A stretch of 64,000 bases of DNA, taken from contig CAWJMT010000027.1 in the NCBI GenBank assembly GCA_963844035.1, positions 43,215 to 107,214 of the forward strand. The letters are read 5' to 3'. This document shows, piece by piece, positions 24,725 to 35,296 of this stretch. This DNA comes from an uncultured Gemmatimonadales bacterium (GTDB lineage Bacteria; Gemmatimonadota; Gemmatimonadetes; Gemmatimonadales; GWC2-71-9). Position 1 is the first letter of the stretch; every line of letters begins with the position of its first letter. The notes under the pieces were generated by a model. That model searched no databases. It was not told where the DNA came from and was given only the letters and a program-made list of their open reading frames with translations. The position numbers and the translations under genes were made by a program.

Positions 24725-24847
24725 CCGCGGGCACTCGCTCGCGGAGGAAAGAAATCGTCACGTGTTCTTCACGCTCCTTTTCGCGTCGGGCTCGCACCTT
24801 CCCTGCGGAAACTGGTGGTACACACGGCCCATGACTCAGGGGGAACA

Positions 24848-25255
24848 ATGGCGCGAATCGGTGGAAATATTGGTCACTTCGACGCGGTCTCTCGGCGCGT
24901 GGTAGGGGCGCTCGCGGTGCTTGCCGGGCTCGCCTCGCTCAACGGGTTCTTCTGGTCCATGGGGTTCCTGACGTGGGTGCTCTTCTCCATGATGATCGCG
25001 CTGGGGTTCTTCTACATCACGGGCGGTCTGCGTGGCGGATCGGCGGTCTTCGGTATGCTGCTGATCGCGTTCACGGTGGTCGATGGTTGGCTCGCCTTGC
25101 ACCACCATGGCGCGTGGGCGCTGCTGATCGGCGTGGTCGCGGCAGCGGTCGGGTACATTACCGCGGAGATCGGCTGGTGTCCGATCAATGCCCTGTTTGG
25201 GAAGGACACGCACAAGGTAGACGCGGAGTGGGGGACGCCGCACCCGGCGCACTAG
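24848..25255 (+). CDS. Membrane protein, DUF2892/YgaP-like (copy 2)
   Basis: Colinear 135-aa paralog of 22434-22841. Confidence 0.7.
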   Translation: MARIGGNIGHFDAVSRRVVGALAVLAGLASLNGFFWSMGFLTWVLFSMMIALGFFYITGGLRGGSAVFGMLLIAFTVVDGWLALHHHGAWALLIGVVAAAVGYITAEIGWCPINALFGKDTHKVDAEWGTPHPAH

Positions 25256-25278
25256 AAGCGCATAGGGCTCATCCCACG

Positions 25279-25311
25279 CGGCGCGTCGAGTTCAGCTCGA
25301 CGCGCCGTTTT
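25279..25311 (+). terminator. Intrinsic terminator
   Basis: CGGCGCGTCGAG-ttcag-CTCGACGCGCCG followed by TTTT. Confidence 0.8.
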
Positions 25312-25379
25312 GTCACTCCCTACAGGGCATGGAGTACCGCAGCGACCAACCGCCGAGTAGGTTGCAGCGTCGTCCACGC

Positions 25380-25453
25380 GCGCCAGTAGCTCAGCTGGAT
25401 AGAGCGTCGGCCTCCGGAGCCGAAGGTCGTGGGTTCGAATCCCGCCTGGCGCA
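25380..25453 (+). tRNA. tRNA-Arg(CCG)
   Basis: Cloverleaf, loop CTCCGGA. Confidence 0.95.
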
Positions 25454-25460
25454 TTTCAAT

Positions 25461-26867
25461 CTAGAATAAGTCCGGATGCGAGTTCACGGATTTCTTGCCC
25501 GTGCGGACCTTGGCTTCGTACAGCACGCGATCGGCCGCCCCGAGCAGCGACTCGACGGTATCGCCGTCCGCGGGGTACGCCGCCACTCCCACACTCACCG
25601 TGAGGCCGGGTTTTTCACTCTCCGCCGCCAGGCGCTCGGCGATGCGGGCGCCCACCAACCGAGCCTCCGCGACCTCAGTCTCGGGAAGGATCAGCGCGAA
25701 CTCGTCACCGCCGAATCGAGCGGCCGTGTCGATGCTGCGAGAGGTGGCCCGTAACACGTCGCCGAGGCGGCACAGCGCCCGGCTCCCCACCAGGTGGCCG
25801 TAGCGGTCGTTAATCTTTTTCAGCCGGTCGAGATCGAGAAACACGATCGCAAACGTCCGTCCCGACCGCTGCGTTCGCTTGATTTCCGCTTCCACGACGT
25901 CGATCAGCTGACGATAGTTCGCGAGTCCGGTGAGCGGATCGCTGATGGCGAGACGCCGGAGCCGTTCTTCCACATCCTTGCGCTCCGAGACCACCACCCC
26001 CAGCGCGAGGGACATGACCGCGGTGACGCCGATGAACGCCTGCAACAGGAGGAGCGATTCGTTTTGCGAGTCGCGCGCGAACGGTCCGAACCCGCGCACG
26101 GTGCCTGCAATGGCGAATGCCGACAACACGACGACCGCCGCCGCCACCTCGCGTTGCCCAAAGCGGAACGCCGTCCAGATCAGCACTGGCACGCAGAGAA
26201 ATTCCAACGGATAGTGGCGGAACGGCGACGCAATCAGACCGTCGAACACGGCGAGACACACCACGGCGAGGGCGACGAAGAGGGCGGTGGCTTCGAGTGC
26301 CTGACCGCGGTTCCAACCGACTTTGGGATCCGCGTTCCACAGCACCACGACGGGCGCCACGACGAGGGCACCTACCGTGTCCCCGAGCCACCAGGTCAGC
26401 CAGATACGGCCGAACTGCGACCAGTCGGCAAACCCCGCTACAGACAGAGTCGTCACACCGATCGTGGGGCTCACGGTCGTGCTGAGCAAGGCTGCGAGGA
26501 TGATGAATCGGAATGTGTCGCGGGCGCGCTTGAACGCACCGCGGCCGCTGGCGAACCGGTTCACCAGGTAGGCGCCCACCAACCCTTCGAGCGTGTTCCC
26601 GATGCCGATCCCGAGCGAGGTCGCCACGGAGCCGGCGGTCGTCACGTTCACGAGAAACGCGGCGCACAGGATCGCCGGCCAGACGCGATATCCCAGGATG
26701 AGAAACGCCGCAAGCGCGATGCCGGTGGGAGGCCACACACCGGTCGCGCTCGCGTGCACGAACGCCAACTGCAGCCCGAGCTTGCCCGCAACGAAGTATG
26801 CTGCTGCGAACAGCGCCGACTGCCACACCACACGCCACCGGATCAGGGAACCCCTTACGACGTCCAT
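25461..26867 (-). CDS. MASE1-GGDEF diguanylate cyclase
   Basis: WPPTGIALA, WWLGD; DPLTGLAN, NDRYGH, RFGGDEF. Confidence 0.93.
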   Translation of the reverse strand: MDVVRGSLIRWRVVWQSALFAAAYFVAGKLGLQLAFVHASATGVWPPTGIALAAFLILGYRVWPAILCAAFLVNVTTAGSVATSLGIGIGNTLEGLVGAYLVNRFASGRGAFKRARDTFRFIILAALLSTTVSPTIGVTTLSVAGFADWSQFGRIWLTWWLGDTVGALVVAPVVVLWNADPKVGWNRGQALEATALFVALAVVCLAVFDGLIASPFRHYPLEFLCVPVLIWTAFRFGQREVAAAVVVLSAFAIAGTVRGFGPFARDSQNESLLLLQAFIGVTAVMSLALGVVVSERKDVEERLRRLAISDPLTGLANYRQLIDVVEAEIKRTQRSGRTFAIVFLDLDRLKKINDRYGHLVGSRALCRLGDVLRATSRSIDTAARFGGDEFALILPETEVAEARLVGARIAERLAAESEKPGLTVSVGVAAYPADGDTVESLLGAADRVLYEAKVRTGKKSVNSHPDLF

Positions 26868-26959
26868 CCGACACTTTATGCTTCCTATTGAAAACGGGCG
26901 TGACCGCCGTCACGACACTTTCGGCTGCACGATCGCGCGAGCACAAAACGTGGCCGGGC

Positions 26960-29032
26960 TCACCAGATCTGCGCCCGCAGGCTGTCGGGCTGCACCATCG
27001 CGTCTCCATTCACGCACCCGAATGCACGCGCGAACGCCGGGATGTCGGCCAGCGGCCCGTTGGTGCGCCACTGGCCCGGCGAATGGCTGTCCGTCGTTAC
27101 CAGCAGATGCGCGAATTCCGGCCGCCGCTGGTTGCGCCAGATCCGCGCCCACGCGAGGAAGAAACGCTGCTCGGCGGTGAAACCGTCGATCCTGGGCGGC
27201 GCCGGTTTCCCGGCGAGCGAGTGCTGCAGCGCCTGATAGGCAATCATCACGCCACCCAGGTCGGCGATGTTCTCCCCCAGCGTCAGCTTGCCGTTCACGC
27301 GCGCCGAATCGACCGCGATGTAGCCCGAGAACTGCCGCTCCACCAGACGCGCGCGCGCCTGGAACCGCTCACCGTCTTCGGGGGTCCACCAGTCGCGCAG
27401 GTTGCCCTCGGCGTCGTATTGCCGCCCGCGGTCGTCGAACCCGTGCGTCATCTCGTGGCCGATCACGGCACCCATCCCCCCGTAGTTGACCGCGTCGTCC
27501 GCGTCGGGATCGAAGAACGGCGGCTGCAGAATGCCGGCCGGGAAGACGATTTCGTTCATGGTGGGACTGTAGTACGCGTTGACGGTGGGCGGCGTCATCT
27601 GCCATTCGGCCCGGTCCACCGGCCCGCCAATCGTCCCGATGCGGCGCGCGGTTTCGAACTCCGTGGCCCTGCGGAGATTCGCAAGGAACGGCCCAACCTC
27701 GATCACGAGCCCCGAGTAGTCCCGCCACACGTCGGGGTAGCCGATTTTCGTCCGGAAGGCGTCGAGCTTGGCGAGCGCCTGGCGGCGGGTGGAATCACTC
27801 ATCCATTCGAGCGCGGTGAGCCGCTCGCGCAACACCGCCCGCAGCTGTTCCACCATGGCCAGCGCGCGCACTTTGGCCTGCGGCGAAAACGTCCGCTCGA
27901 CGTACGCCTGGCCCAGCGCGTGCCCCAGGGACCCGTCCGCACGCGCGAGGCACCGTTTCCAGCGCGGCAGCTGCTCCTTCACACCGACCAGCACCTGCCG
28001 GAATCGAAAGCTCTCGGCGTCGAAGCGCGCACCGAGCCACGGCGCCGCCCACGACACAAGCCGTGCGCGCAAGTACACGCGCCAGTCGGCGAGCGGCACG
28101 GCGGCCAGCAACCGGTTGACCTCCTTGAAGAACCGCGGCTGGGCCACGTTGAGCTCGGAAATCGGGGGCAGGCCGGCGACGCGAAAGTAGTCGCCCCACG
28201 CGAATGCGGGCGCGATCCCCTCGAGCTCCGCGAGCGTCATCTTGTGATACGTGGCTTTGGGGTCGCGCAGCTCCACGCGGGTCATTGACGCCGTGGCGAG
28301 CGCCGTCTCGATGGTCATGCTGGTGCGGGCATCCGCCTGCGCCCGGGCGGCCGGCTCGCCGAGCAGCTCGAGCAGCCGGGCCAGATGCTCGACGTACGCT
28401 TGCCGCAATCGCACCGAGGCCGTATCGGTCTTGGTGTAGTGATCCCGATCCGGCAGTCCCAGCCCGCCCTGGCTCACGATCGCGATAACCTGCGTGCTCT
28501 GCTTGGCATCCTGATCGGCCCGGAAGCCGAACAGGGCCGACACTCCCGCCCGATGCAGGCGCGCGACCGCGGCGACAAGATCGGTACGGCTGGCGATCGC
28601 GTCGATGCGGTCGAGCTCGAGGCTAAGGGGGAGCGCACCGTCCGTGTCCGCGCGCGCCGAGTCCATGCACGTCGCGTAGAAGATGCCCAGCTTGCGTGTA
28701 GGACTCCCCGGGGCCGCGCTCGTGTCGGAGACGGCGGCGTCGAGGATGCGCAGCAAGATGGTGTCGTTGCGGTCCCGCAGCTCGTCGAAACTGCTCCAGG
28801 CGGGGTACGCGGCGGGGATTGTGGTGCGTGCCCGCCAGCCGCCGGTGGCGTATTGGAAAAAGTCGCGGCAGGGTGAGCAGGTGGTGTCGAGATCGGCACG
28901 ACTGAGGGTGCGGGGGGACGGGGACGACTCTACGGGCGGAGTGGAGGGAGCGGGACGGACTGTTGGGTGGCTGCAGCCAGCGGCGAGGACGCTCACCGCA
29001 CTGATCATCTTCATAACGCGAAAGCCAGGCAC
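26960..29032 (-). CDS. M13 family zinc metallopeptidase (probable lipoprotein)
   Basis: PCRDFFQYA, VNAYY, HEMTHGFDD, GENIAD. Confidence 0.95.
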   Translation of the reverse strand: MPGFRVMKMISAVSVLAAGCSHPTVRPAPSTPPVESSPSPRTLSRADLDTTCSPCRDFFQYATGGWRARTTIPAAYPAWSSFDELRDRNDTILLRILDAAVSDTSAAPGSPTRKLGIFYATCMDSARADTDGALPLSLELDRIDAIASRTDLVAAVARLHRAGVSALFGFRADQDAKQSTQVIAIVSQGGLGLPDRDHYTKTDTASVRLRQAYVEHLARLLELLGEPAARAQADARTSMTIETALATASMTRVELRDPKATYHKMTLAELEGIAPAFAWGDYFRVAGLPPISELNVAQPRFFKEVNRLLAAVPLADWRVYLRARLVSWAAPWLGARFDAESFRFRQVLVGVKEQLPRWKRCLARADGSLGHALGQAYVERTFSPQAKVRALAMVEQLRAVLRERLTALEWMSDSTRRQALAKLDAFRTKIGYPDVWRDYSGLVIEVGPFLANLRRATEFETARRIGTIGGPVDRAEWQMTPPTVNAYYSPTMNEIVFPAGILQPPFFDPDADDAVNYGGMGAVIGHEMTHGFDDRGRQYDAEGNLRDWWTPEDGERFQARARLVERQFSGYIAVDSARVNGKLTLGENIADLGGVMIAYQALQHSLAGKPAPPRIDGFTAEQRFFLAWARIWRNQRRPEFAHLLVTTDSHSPGQWRTNGPLADIPAFARAFGCVNGDAMVQPDSLRAQIW

Positions 29033-29050
29033 CGGCGAACGTTAGATCGG

Positions 29051-29701
29051 CTAGAATGCCACCGCCAGTCCGATGCGGGCGAGCGACTGCACGATCGGCA
29101 CGTTCACTTCGGGACCGCCCGCCGGGTTCGTTTTTCTATCGAAGCGCTGGAAGGAATACTGCGCGGACCCCCGAAGCAGGCGCGACCAGCGGACATCCAG
29201 CCCAAGGCCGATCTCCAACGCGATCGGAGCACTCCCGCCGCCTGAAAACTGCGCGGCCGCGAGATAGTCCCCCCGCAACCAGACATCCGCGCCGGGCCCG
29301 AGCGGGGCCTGCGTGCGCGCGCCAATGCGCACGGCGCCCACGGACTGCGCGGCGAACTCGGAATCGGTGGAGCGATTCAGGAGACCGACTTCGAAGCCGA
29401 GGTAGTTCAGGGCCTCCCACCGCACCCAGGCGTCGATCAGGGTCGCGCGAAAGCTCTCGGTGGCCTGGCTGTCGTCGGTGGGATCCATCTGGAGGGACAC
29501 GAATGACCCTTCCGCCGTGAAGCGGTGGAAGGTGACTCGCGCTGCGGCGCCCGGCCCCAATCCGCGATAGCGCAGGCCGGCGGCGGCCTCGCGGTATTCG
29601 CTCACACCGAATTCCGGACCGAAGGTGACTCGCTGCGCGCCGACGAGGGCCGGCCAGACCGCAAGCACCACAGCGGCGAGCAGCGACTGCCGGGGCGTCA
29701 C
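29051..29701 (-). CDS. Outer-membrane beta-barrel protein
   Basis: Signal peptide, amphipathic strands, terminal Phe. Confidence 0.65.
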   Translation of the reverse strand: MTPRQSLLAAVVLAVWPALVGAQRVTFGPEFGVSEYREAAAGLRYRGLGPGAAARVTFHRFTAEGSFVSLQMDPTDDSQATESFRATLIDAWVRWEALNYLGFEVGLLNRSTDSEFAAQSVGAVRIGARTQAPLGPGADVWLRGDYLAAAQFSGGGSAPIALEIGLGLDVRWSRLLRGSAQYSFQRFDRKTNPAGGPEVNVPIVQSLARIGLAVAF

Positions 29702-30744
29702 CGCGGGCCTGCGGCTTTGGGCAGCGGCACGACAGCCAGCGTCACCTGGCGGCGCCGCTCGACGTTCTCTTTCGCGATGTCGGCGTTGCGCTGCGCCAGT
29801 TGTTCGCGGAGCAGGCGGTTGTATTGGATATTTCCTTCCACCGGGCGGGGCGCGGGCTTGCGGAGCGTCATCACCACCCCCGCTCCCAGCGTCACGATGC
29901 TTACCGCCGCGAGCTCGCTGGTCGGCGCCTCCCCCAGGGTACCGTCGTTGAGGGCGGCCGTGCCGGCGGCCGTTCCCGCAACGAACAGCAAGGCGAGCCC
30001 CAGTGGGCGCCAGCTCTGCGGCGGCACCTCGGTCTCCGGCATCTCCTGATAACCGGGCAGGCTCGTCAGGTGAGCCAGCGTGTCCACCGGACTATAGGAG
30101 ATAGCCACACCCCGGGATGCTGAGTACGTGTTCTGGCCCGCGATCGCCTCGACCACGATCAGCCACGAACCGGCCGGGACCGGGGCGCCGTCCGGCAGCA
30201 GGGCCGGCCAGCGCAGGCTCACCGTGCCCGTCACGACCGTCGAATCGATCAGCAGCGTGGTCGCCCCGCTGATCGCGCGCACCTGCACCCGCGCCGGAGT
30301 GGTCACGGTAAATCGGAGCGGTACCGCGCCGTGTCCAGCGACGAATCGCGCGCTGTCGATTTGCAGCTCCCGCACCACCAGGACCTGTCCCAGGGCCGAG
30401 TAGAACAGACTCGTGATCTTGGGTGAGATCCGGGCGGCGTCGAGCTGGCGGTCCGGGTCGAGCAGGATCGCCTGCTTGAATGCGTCCACCGCCTTGGCCT
30501 GCGAATCGGTCGCGCTGTAGGTGAAGCCGAGCAGCTCGTACGCGCGCGCCTGATCGGCGCCGGTCATGCGCTCGGTGAGCGCGCGCCGGGCCAACGCACC
30601 CGCTCGAGCGAAATCCAAGGCGTCGTACGCCTGCATCGCCTGGCGGAGCGTGGCGTTCCGCGGCGCTTGCGCGCGCAGCACCGCCGGTCCGCCGAGCAAC
30701 GCGGCACATAGGAGCGTGAGTGTCCACCAGCGCATCGGGATCAT
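29698..30744 (-). CDS. Exported TPR-containing protein
   Basis: Signal peptide; AYELLGFTYS...AVDAFKQAILLDP TPR; Ig-like middle; C-terminal hydrophobic segments. Confidence 0.7.
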   Translation of the reverse strand: MIPMRWWTLTLLCAALLGGPAVLRAQAPRNATLRQAMQAYDALDFARAGALARRALTERMTGADQARAYELLGFTYSATDSQAKAVDAFKQAILLDPDRQLDAARISPKITSLFYSALGQVLVVRELQIDSARFVAGHGAVPLRFTVTTPARVQVRAISGATTLLIDSTVVTGTVSLRWPALLPDGAPVPAGSWLIVVEAIAGQNTYSASRGVAISYSPVDTLAHLTSLPGYQEMPETEVPPQSWRPLGLALLFVAGTAAGTAALNDGTLGEAPTSELAAVSIVTLGAGVVMTLRKPAPRPVEGNIQYNRLLREQLAQRNADIAKENVERRRQVTLAVVPLPKAAGPR

Positions 30745-32288
30745 CCCCCGGGGAGGAGCGTGTACCGCTTGGGCACGGTGTTGCCCGGGTCCACCTGCAC
30801 CTTCTCGACAATCGTCTTGTAGCCTTCTCGAACGACTTTGATCGTGTGCGCGCCGGCGGGCACCGCGTAACGCACGACGGGTGTCGGTCCCACATCCACT
30901 CCGTCGACATACAGCTCGCCGTATGGCTCGGCGTTGACGGTGATGTAGCCCGGTGCGGCAACAGGAGGTGCGGCGACGCGCTCGCGCGGACGTTCACTCG
31001 AGGCGCGCGCCGGCGGAGGCGTGGGGACGGCATCGCGCACGCGAACGGTGTCGATGCGGGCCGCCGGCGACGCCGGGGCCTGACCGCCGCGGCTGAGCGC
31101 GAGGTAGCCACCCAAACCCACCACCGCCACCACGGCACCGGCCACCAGCAACGGTGCCTTCGATTTTTTCTGCGCCTGGGGACGCTGCCCCGCCGGAGGC
31201 GGCGCAGGGGGACCGCCGTACGCGGCCGGCAGGGGCGTCGTGGGCGCGGCCGAGATCTCGGTCGGCGCGTCGGCGCTGGCACGCGGCCGCATGGTCGGCT
31301 GCGTGACGTGCCGCCCCGATCGCGCGGCCTTCACCGGATGTTCGGGCCATACGGCGGTGGCGAAGTCCTCGGTGGTTTCGAACCGCTCGGCGGGGTCTTT
31401 CGCCATCGCCCGGGAGATCGCGGCCGAGAGATGCTCGGGCACGTCGGGCCGTCGTACCTTTGCGGCGGGGGGCGGCTCGAAGATCTGTTTGTACAGCACG
31501 GTGTGAATCGTGTCACCGCCGAACGGCAAATCGCCCGTAAGCATGCGGTAGCCCACGACGCCGAGCGAGTACTGGTCGGCACGGCCATCCACCACAGCGC
31601 CCTTGGCCTGCTCGGGAGCCATGTAGTGGGGTGTCCCGATGATCATCCCCGTGGCGGTGAACCCGGTGGCCGCCTGCAGCGCCTTCGAGATCCCGAAGTC
31701 CGTGAGCACCACGCGTTCGTCGTGGTCGAACATGATGTTCGCGGGCTTCACGTCGCGGTGGACGACGCCGCGCTGGTGCGCATGTCCGAGCGCGCACGCG
31801 GCCTCCCACAGGACCCGCTGGACGTAGTCGGGAGCGAGCGGCTCCTGGCGCTCGAGCACGTCTTCCAGCGACGTCCCCGCCACGTACTTCATCACGAAGT
31901 AGTTGAGCCCGCCCTCGCTCTCGACGCGATAGATCGGGATGATGTGGGGATGGTCGAGCTTGGCGGAGGTCTTCGCTTCCTGCTGGAAGCGGCGCACCAC
32001 CTGCTCATCCTGCGCGATGTCGGGGGGCAGCACCTTGATGGCGACCTCGCGCTCGAGCGTGAGATCGTGCGCCAGGAACACGGCGCCCATCCCGCCTTTC
32101 CCGAGAATCCGCTCGATGCGGTACTTCCCCTCGACCGCGCGTTGCAGGCGCTGCAGCAGCACCGCGGAGCTGGTGGTGCTGGGCGGGCCGACTCCCCCAG
32201 TCTGGTCCGTCCCGCACACCGAGCAGTAGCGGCTGCTCTCGGGGAGCGGCGTGTGACAGTGCATGCACTCCACGGTGCCGTTGGTCAT
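30741..32288 (-). CDS. Membrane Ser/Thr protein kinase with N-terminal zinc ribbon and C-terminal PEGA domain
   Basis: CMHC..CSVC; GKGGMG, VAIK, HRDVKPAN, DFG, APE; TM helix; GPTP...VREGY. Confidence 0.92.
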   Translation of the reverse strand: MTNGTVECMHCHTPLPESSRYCSVCGTDQTGGVGPPSTTSSAVLLQRLQRAVEGKYRIERILGKGGMGAVFLAHDLTLEREVAIKVLPPDIAQDEQVVRRFQQEAKTSAKLDHPHIIPIYRVESEGGLNYFVMKYVAGTSLEDVLERQEPLAPDYVQRVLWEAACALGHAHQRGVVHRDVKPANIMFDHDERVVLTDFGISKALQAATGFTATGMIIGTPHYMAPEQAKGAVVDGRADQYSLGVVGYRMLTGDLPFGGDTIHTVLYKQIFEPPPAAKVRRPDVPEHLSAAISRAMAKDPAERFETTEDFATAVWPEHPVKAARSGRHVTQPTMRPRASADAPTEISAAPTTPLPAAYGGPPAPPPAGQRPQAQKKSKAPLLVAGAVVAVVGLGGYLALSRGGQAPASPAARIDTVRVRDAVPTPPPARASSERPRERVAAPPVAAPGYITVNAEPYGELYVDGVDVGPTPVVRYAVPAGAHTIKVVREGYKTIVEKVQVDPGNTVPKRYTLLPGG

Positions 32289-33888
32289 GGGGAACGACCG
32301 GGAGCCAGGCGGAGGAGAGGCGCGGAGACCGAGCGCGCCGCCCGGAGCGGCCTTCTTGGTCGCGGCGGGGGCGGCGCTCGGCGCGGGGAAAGCAGTCGGG
32401 CACGCGTTGGCCGCAACACAGATTTCGTAGTGGGTCGTCGTTCCCCGGTAGTCCAATATGACCAGGTAGTAGTCCCCTGCTGCGAGCCCATTCACCGTGC
32501 GGTTCACGTCCGAGATGGGCGACGTGTCGGCCATCACGACCTGCACCTGCGGCAGTGCCCGGGGTCGGCACCCTGACGAGGTACAGGTCGAGATCCTTGA
32601 GTGAATCGGGACGCACACCGGTGAACGCGTGCAGCCGGAACCGATACAGCCCAACGGACGGCACGGTGAACCGAATCCAGTCGATGTCGTGCGGGTTGAC
32701 GATGGAGAGCGTGTCGCGGTACGGAAGGGTCTTCGCGCCACGGAGGTCGGCCGCAGTGCACGAGTTGTCGTCCTCATGCTTGTCGGCGGGCAGCTCACTC
32801 TGGTAGCCGGCGATCACGGTGAGCCCGTAGCGACCGGGCACCGTGTAGCCGGCGATCGCGTCGAGCGTGCCGGCCGGCAGGTTTTTGAACGCCACGATCG
32901 TCGAGTCGCCGAGCGCCTCGCTGGGCGCCCAGGCGGCGCCGTGACAGTTGTGCGACTTGGGGCCGAACGACCACGAATCCGGACCGCCGATGAAGTTGGT
33001 CCCGTCCCAGACGAGCGAGTCCGTGAGGAAGGTGAAGAAGGTGCCTGCGATCTGCGGCGCTGTGAGCACGATCGTCAGATCCCCGGTCTGCGGGTGGTTG
33101 AGGCGGTACCAGTCCGACCCCGACGGGACGTCGCGCGGCAACGCCTCGAACGCGAGCGCCGGATTGGTGAAAAGGAGCGTGGGGTACGCAGCGAACGGTG
33201 GCGGGGCGTCGAGGTCGATCATCTGTGGGACCGTATCGTTCGGCTCGTACAGATCCTGCTCGACCACGATCGTGCTATCGCCGTGGACATAGCCGAGCAC
33301 GCCGTTGTTGCCGGTGATCCCGAGGAAAAACAGTGAGTCGGTGCGAGCCGGCGGCGGCACCCACCATTGGGAACGGACCGTTCCGGACGCGAAAACGGTG
33401 TCCGCGAACGGCACGCGGATCAGTGCCGCTCCCTTCAGGCTCGCCGAAAAAATCGAGTCGACGCTCACACCGTAGATGCTGAGGATCTCGCCGTAGTGCA
33501 CAATCTTGGGGCGGACGCTGTCGATCTCGAGGGGCGCCGCCACGCGCAGCGTGCCGGAGGCCGCGAGCGCCTGTTTGCCGAAGTTCGCCGCCGCCGCCGT
33601 AATGATCACCGTACCGGACTTCACCCCGACGACGTGCCCGGAATTGTCCACCGTCGCGACACTGGGATCACTGCTCGACCAGACGAAGACGACGTTGGGG
33701 ATCGGCTGGGAGTCGGTCGAGCTGACCATCTGCCACGCCTGGGCGGTGACAACCGTGTCGTCACCACGGAACAGGATGGACATGGGGCTGAGGCTCACAT
33801 GCACGGACGCGTCCCGCTCGGTAGGGAAGATGCACCTACCGACGGTTACGGAAGCGACCAGCACTACCGCCAGGCGTCCGGCTCGCAT
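32285..33888 (-). CDS. Surface (lipo)protein with Ig-like (Big_2) and PPC-like domains (frameshifted)
   Basis: WSSSDPSVATVD.SG.V.G; YEPND and DIDW..F...DLDLYL motifs. Confidence 0.7.
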
Positions 33889-33958
33889 GTGCTCCAATCC
33901 GGGGAGGACCAGGGGCCCAATCTAAGAAACCCCGTTGGCTGGAGCCAATTTCGGGCCT

Positions 33959-35296
33959 CTAAAGGCGGCCCCGGCGCTTGAGATCGAGGTAACTCGCCAC
34001 CACGGCCTGGGCAGCCCGCTCGGGGGGAACGTCGAGAACGAGCACGCCGGCGCGGCGGATGTGGGCCAATGCCTCCTCCCGCGCCCGCAGCAGCTCCTCG
34101 GCTGCCGCCTTTCGGAAGGCATCCTTCACTCCTTCCGGATGCTGACCGGCGACGGCGTCGAGCTCGGGATTGCGGAGTGTTACGGCGAGGGGGAGATGGC
34201 GCGGGCGCAGCGTGGCGATGTGCGCCACCAGCGCCTCCGACGCAAACCGGTCGATCACGTCGGTGAACAGGACGGTGAGGGCCCGCTTGCGGTTGCGCAC
34301 CGCGAGGTAGCGAAACGCGCCGGGATAGTCGGGCTCGACCAGGGTAGGCTCGAGGACGGTCAGGACGTCCAGCACGCGGCGCAGCCCAGCCCGCCCGCGC
34401 TGCGGCGGCACGAAATGCTGTACGCCGTCCGCGAACGCCATGACGCCCACGTTGTCGTCGTGCTGGATCGCCGCATACGCGAGCTCCAGCGCCGCCTGCA
34501 CGACGTAGTCGAGGCGAGCTACGCCCGCGAGCTCGCCGCTCAGCAACCGCCCGGTGTCGAGCACCAGGAGCACCTGCTGCCGCCGCTCCGCTTCGTACTG
34601 GCGGGCAATCACCTTGCCGCGCCGCGCCGTCGCCTTCCAATCGATGTTGCGGACGTCGTCGCCGGAGACCCACTCGCGGAGCGACTCGAACAGCCGTCCC
34701 TCGCCCAGGCGTCGCATCGGCGTGACGCCGGGCTCGCGCCGCTGCCGCGCCTGCGCCACCGACGCGCGCAGGCGGGCCGGCACCAGCGGCGGGTAAACGA
34801 CCACGTCCCATGGCAGCGCGCGCCACCCGCGCCGCACCGCCAGCCCCATCGGTCCCCGGCTGTCGATCACGAACGCGGCCCCTTTCCCTCCCGCAGCACC
34901 CCCCGCCCTGCCGCGCCGCACCGGCTCCACGGGGAGCCGCTCGCGCAGCTCGCCCTGAGCGTCGACGGCAAGCGCGCGCGGCGGCTGCAGGCCGCCCAGC
35001 AGGTCGGGGCGGATTTCGCGCGCGCGCAGCCGCACGCGTCGGGTCGACCGATTGACCCAGCGGTACCACACCTCGCCGGTGCGGCCCACCGAAAACGCGG
35101 GCGGCGCGTCCCGCTCGATCTCCAGCTCGCGCGCGTCGGGGCGGACGGCGCGTGTCGCATCGAGCCAGACGGCCGCGAGCAGCGCGACGTCGGCGACGAG
35201 CATCGCGTACAGCGCCCACGGCACCACCAGGCCGAGGAGGCCGAGGAGGGAAACCGCCGCCGCGCCCCCGAGGGCGCGTCGCGTCGGCAGGATCAC
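33959..35296 (-). CDS. DUF58 (VWA-like) protein
   Basis: FESLREWVSGDDVRNIDWKATARRG. Confidence 0.92.
   Translation of the reverse strand: MILPTRRALGGAAAVSLLGLLGLVVPWALYAMLVADVALLAAVWLDATRAVRPDARELEIERDAPPAFSVGRTGEVWYRWVNRSTRRVRLRAREIRPDLLGGLQPPRALAVDAQGELRERLPVEPVRRGRAGGAAGGKGAAFVIDSRGPMGLAVRRGWRALPWDVVVYPPLVPARLRASVAQARQRREPGVTPMRRLGEGRLFESLREWVSGDDVRNIDWKATARRGKVIARQYEAERRQQVLLVLDTGRLLSGELAGVARLDYVVQAALELAYAAIQHDDNVGVMAFADGVQHFVPPQRGRAGLRRVLDVLTVLEPTLVEPDYPGAFRYLAVRNRKRALTVLFTDVIDRFASEALVAHIATLRPRHLPLAVTLRNPELDAVAGQHPEGVKDAFRKAAAEELLRAREEALAHIRRAGVLVLDVPPERAAQAVVASYLDLKRRGRL

Noticed and set aside
20850-25380. Prophage or integrative element between tRNA-Pro and tRNA-Arg
   Set aside because: No integrase, phage genes or duplicated tRNA 3' end were seen.
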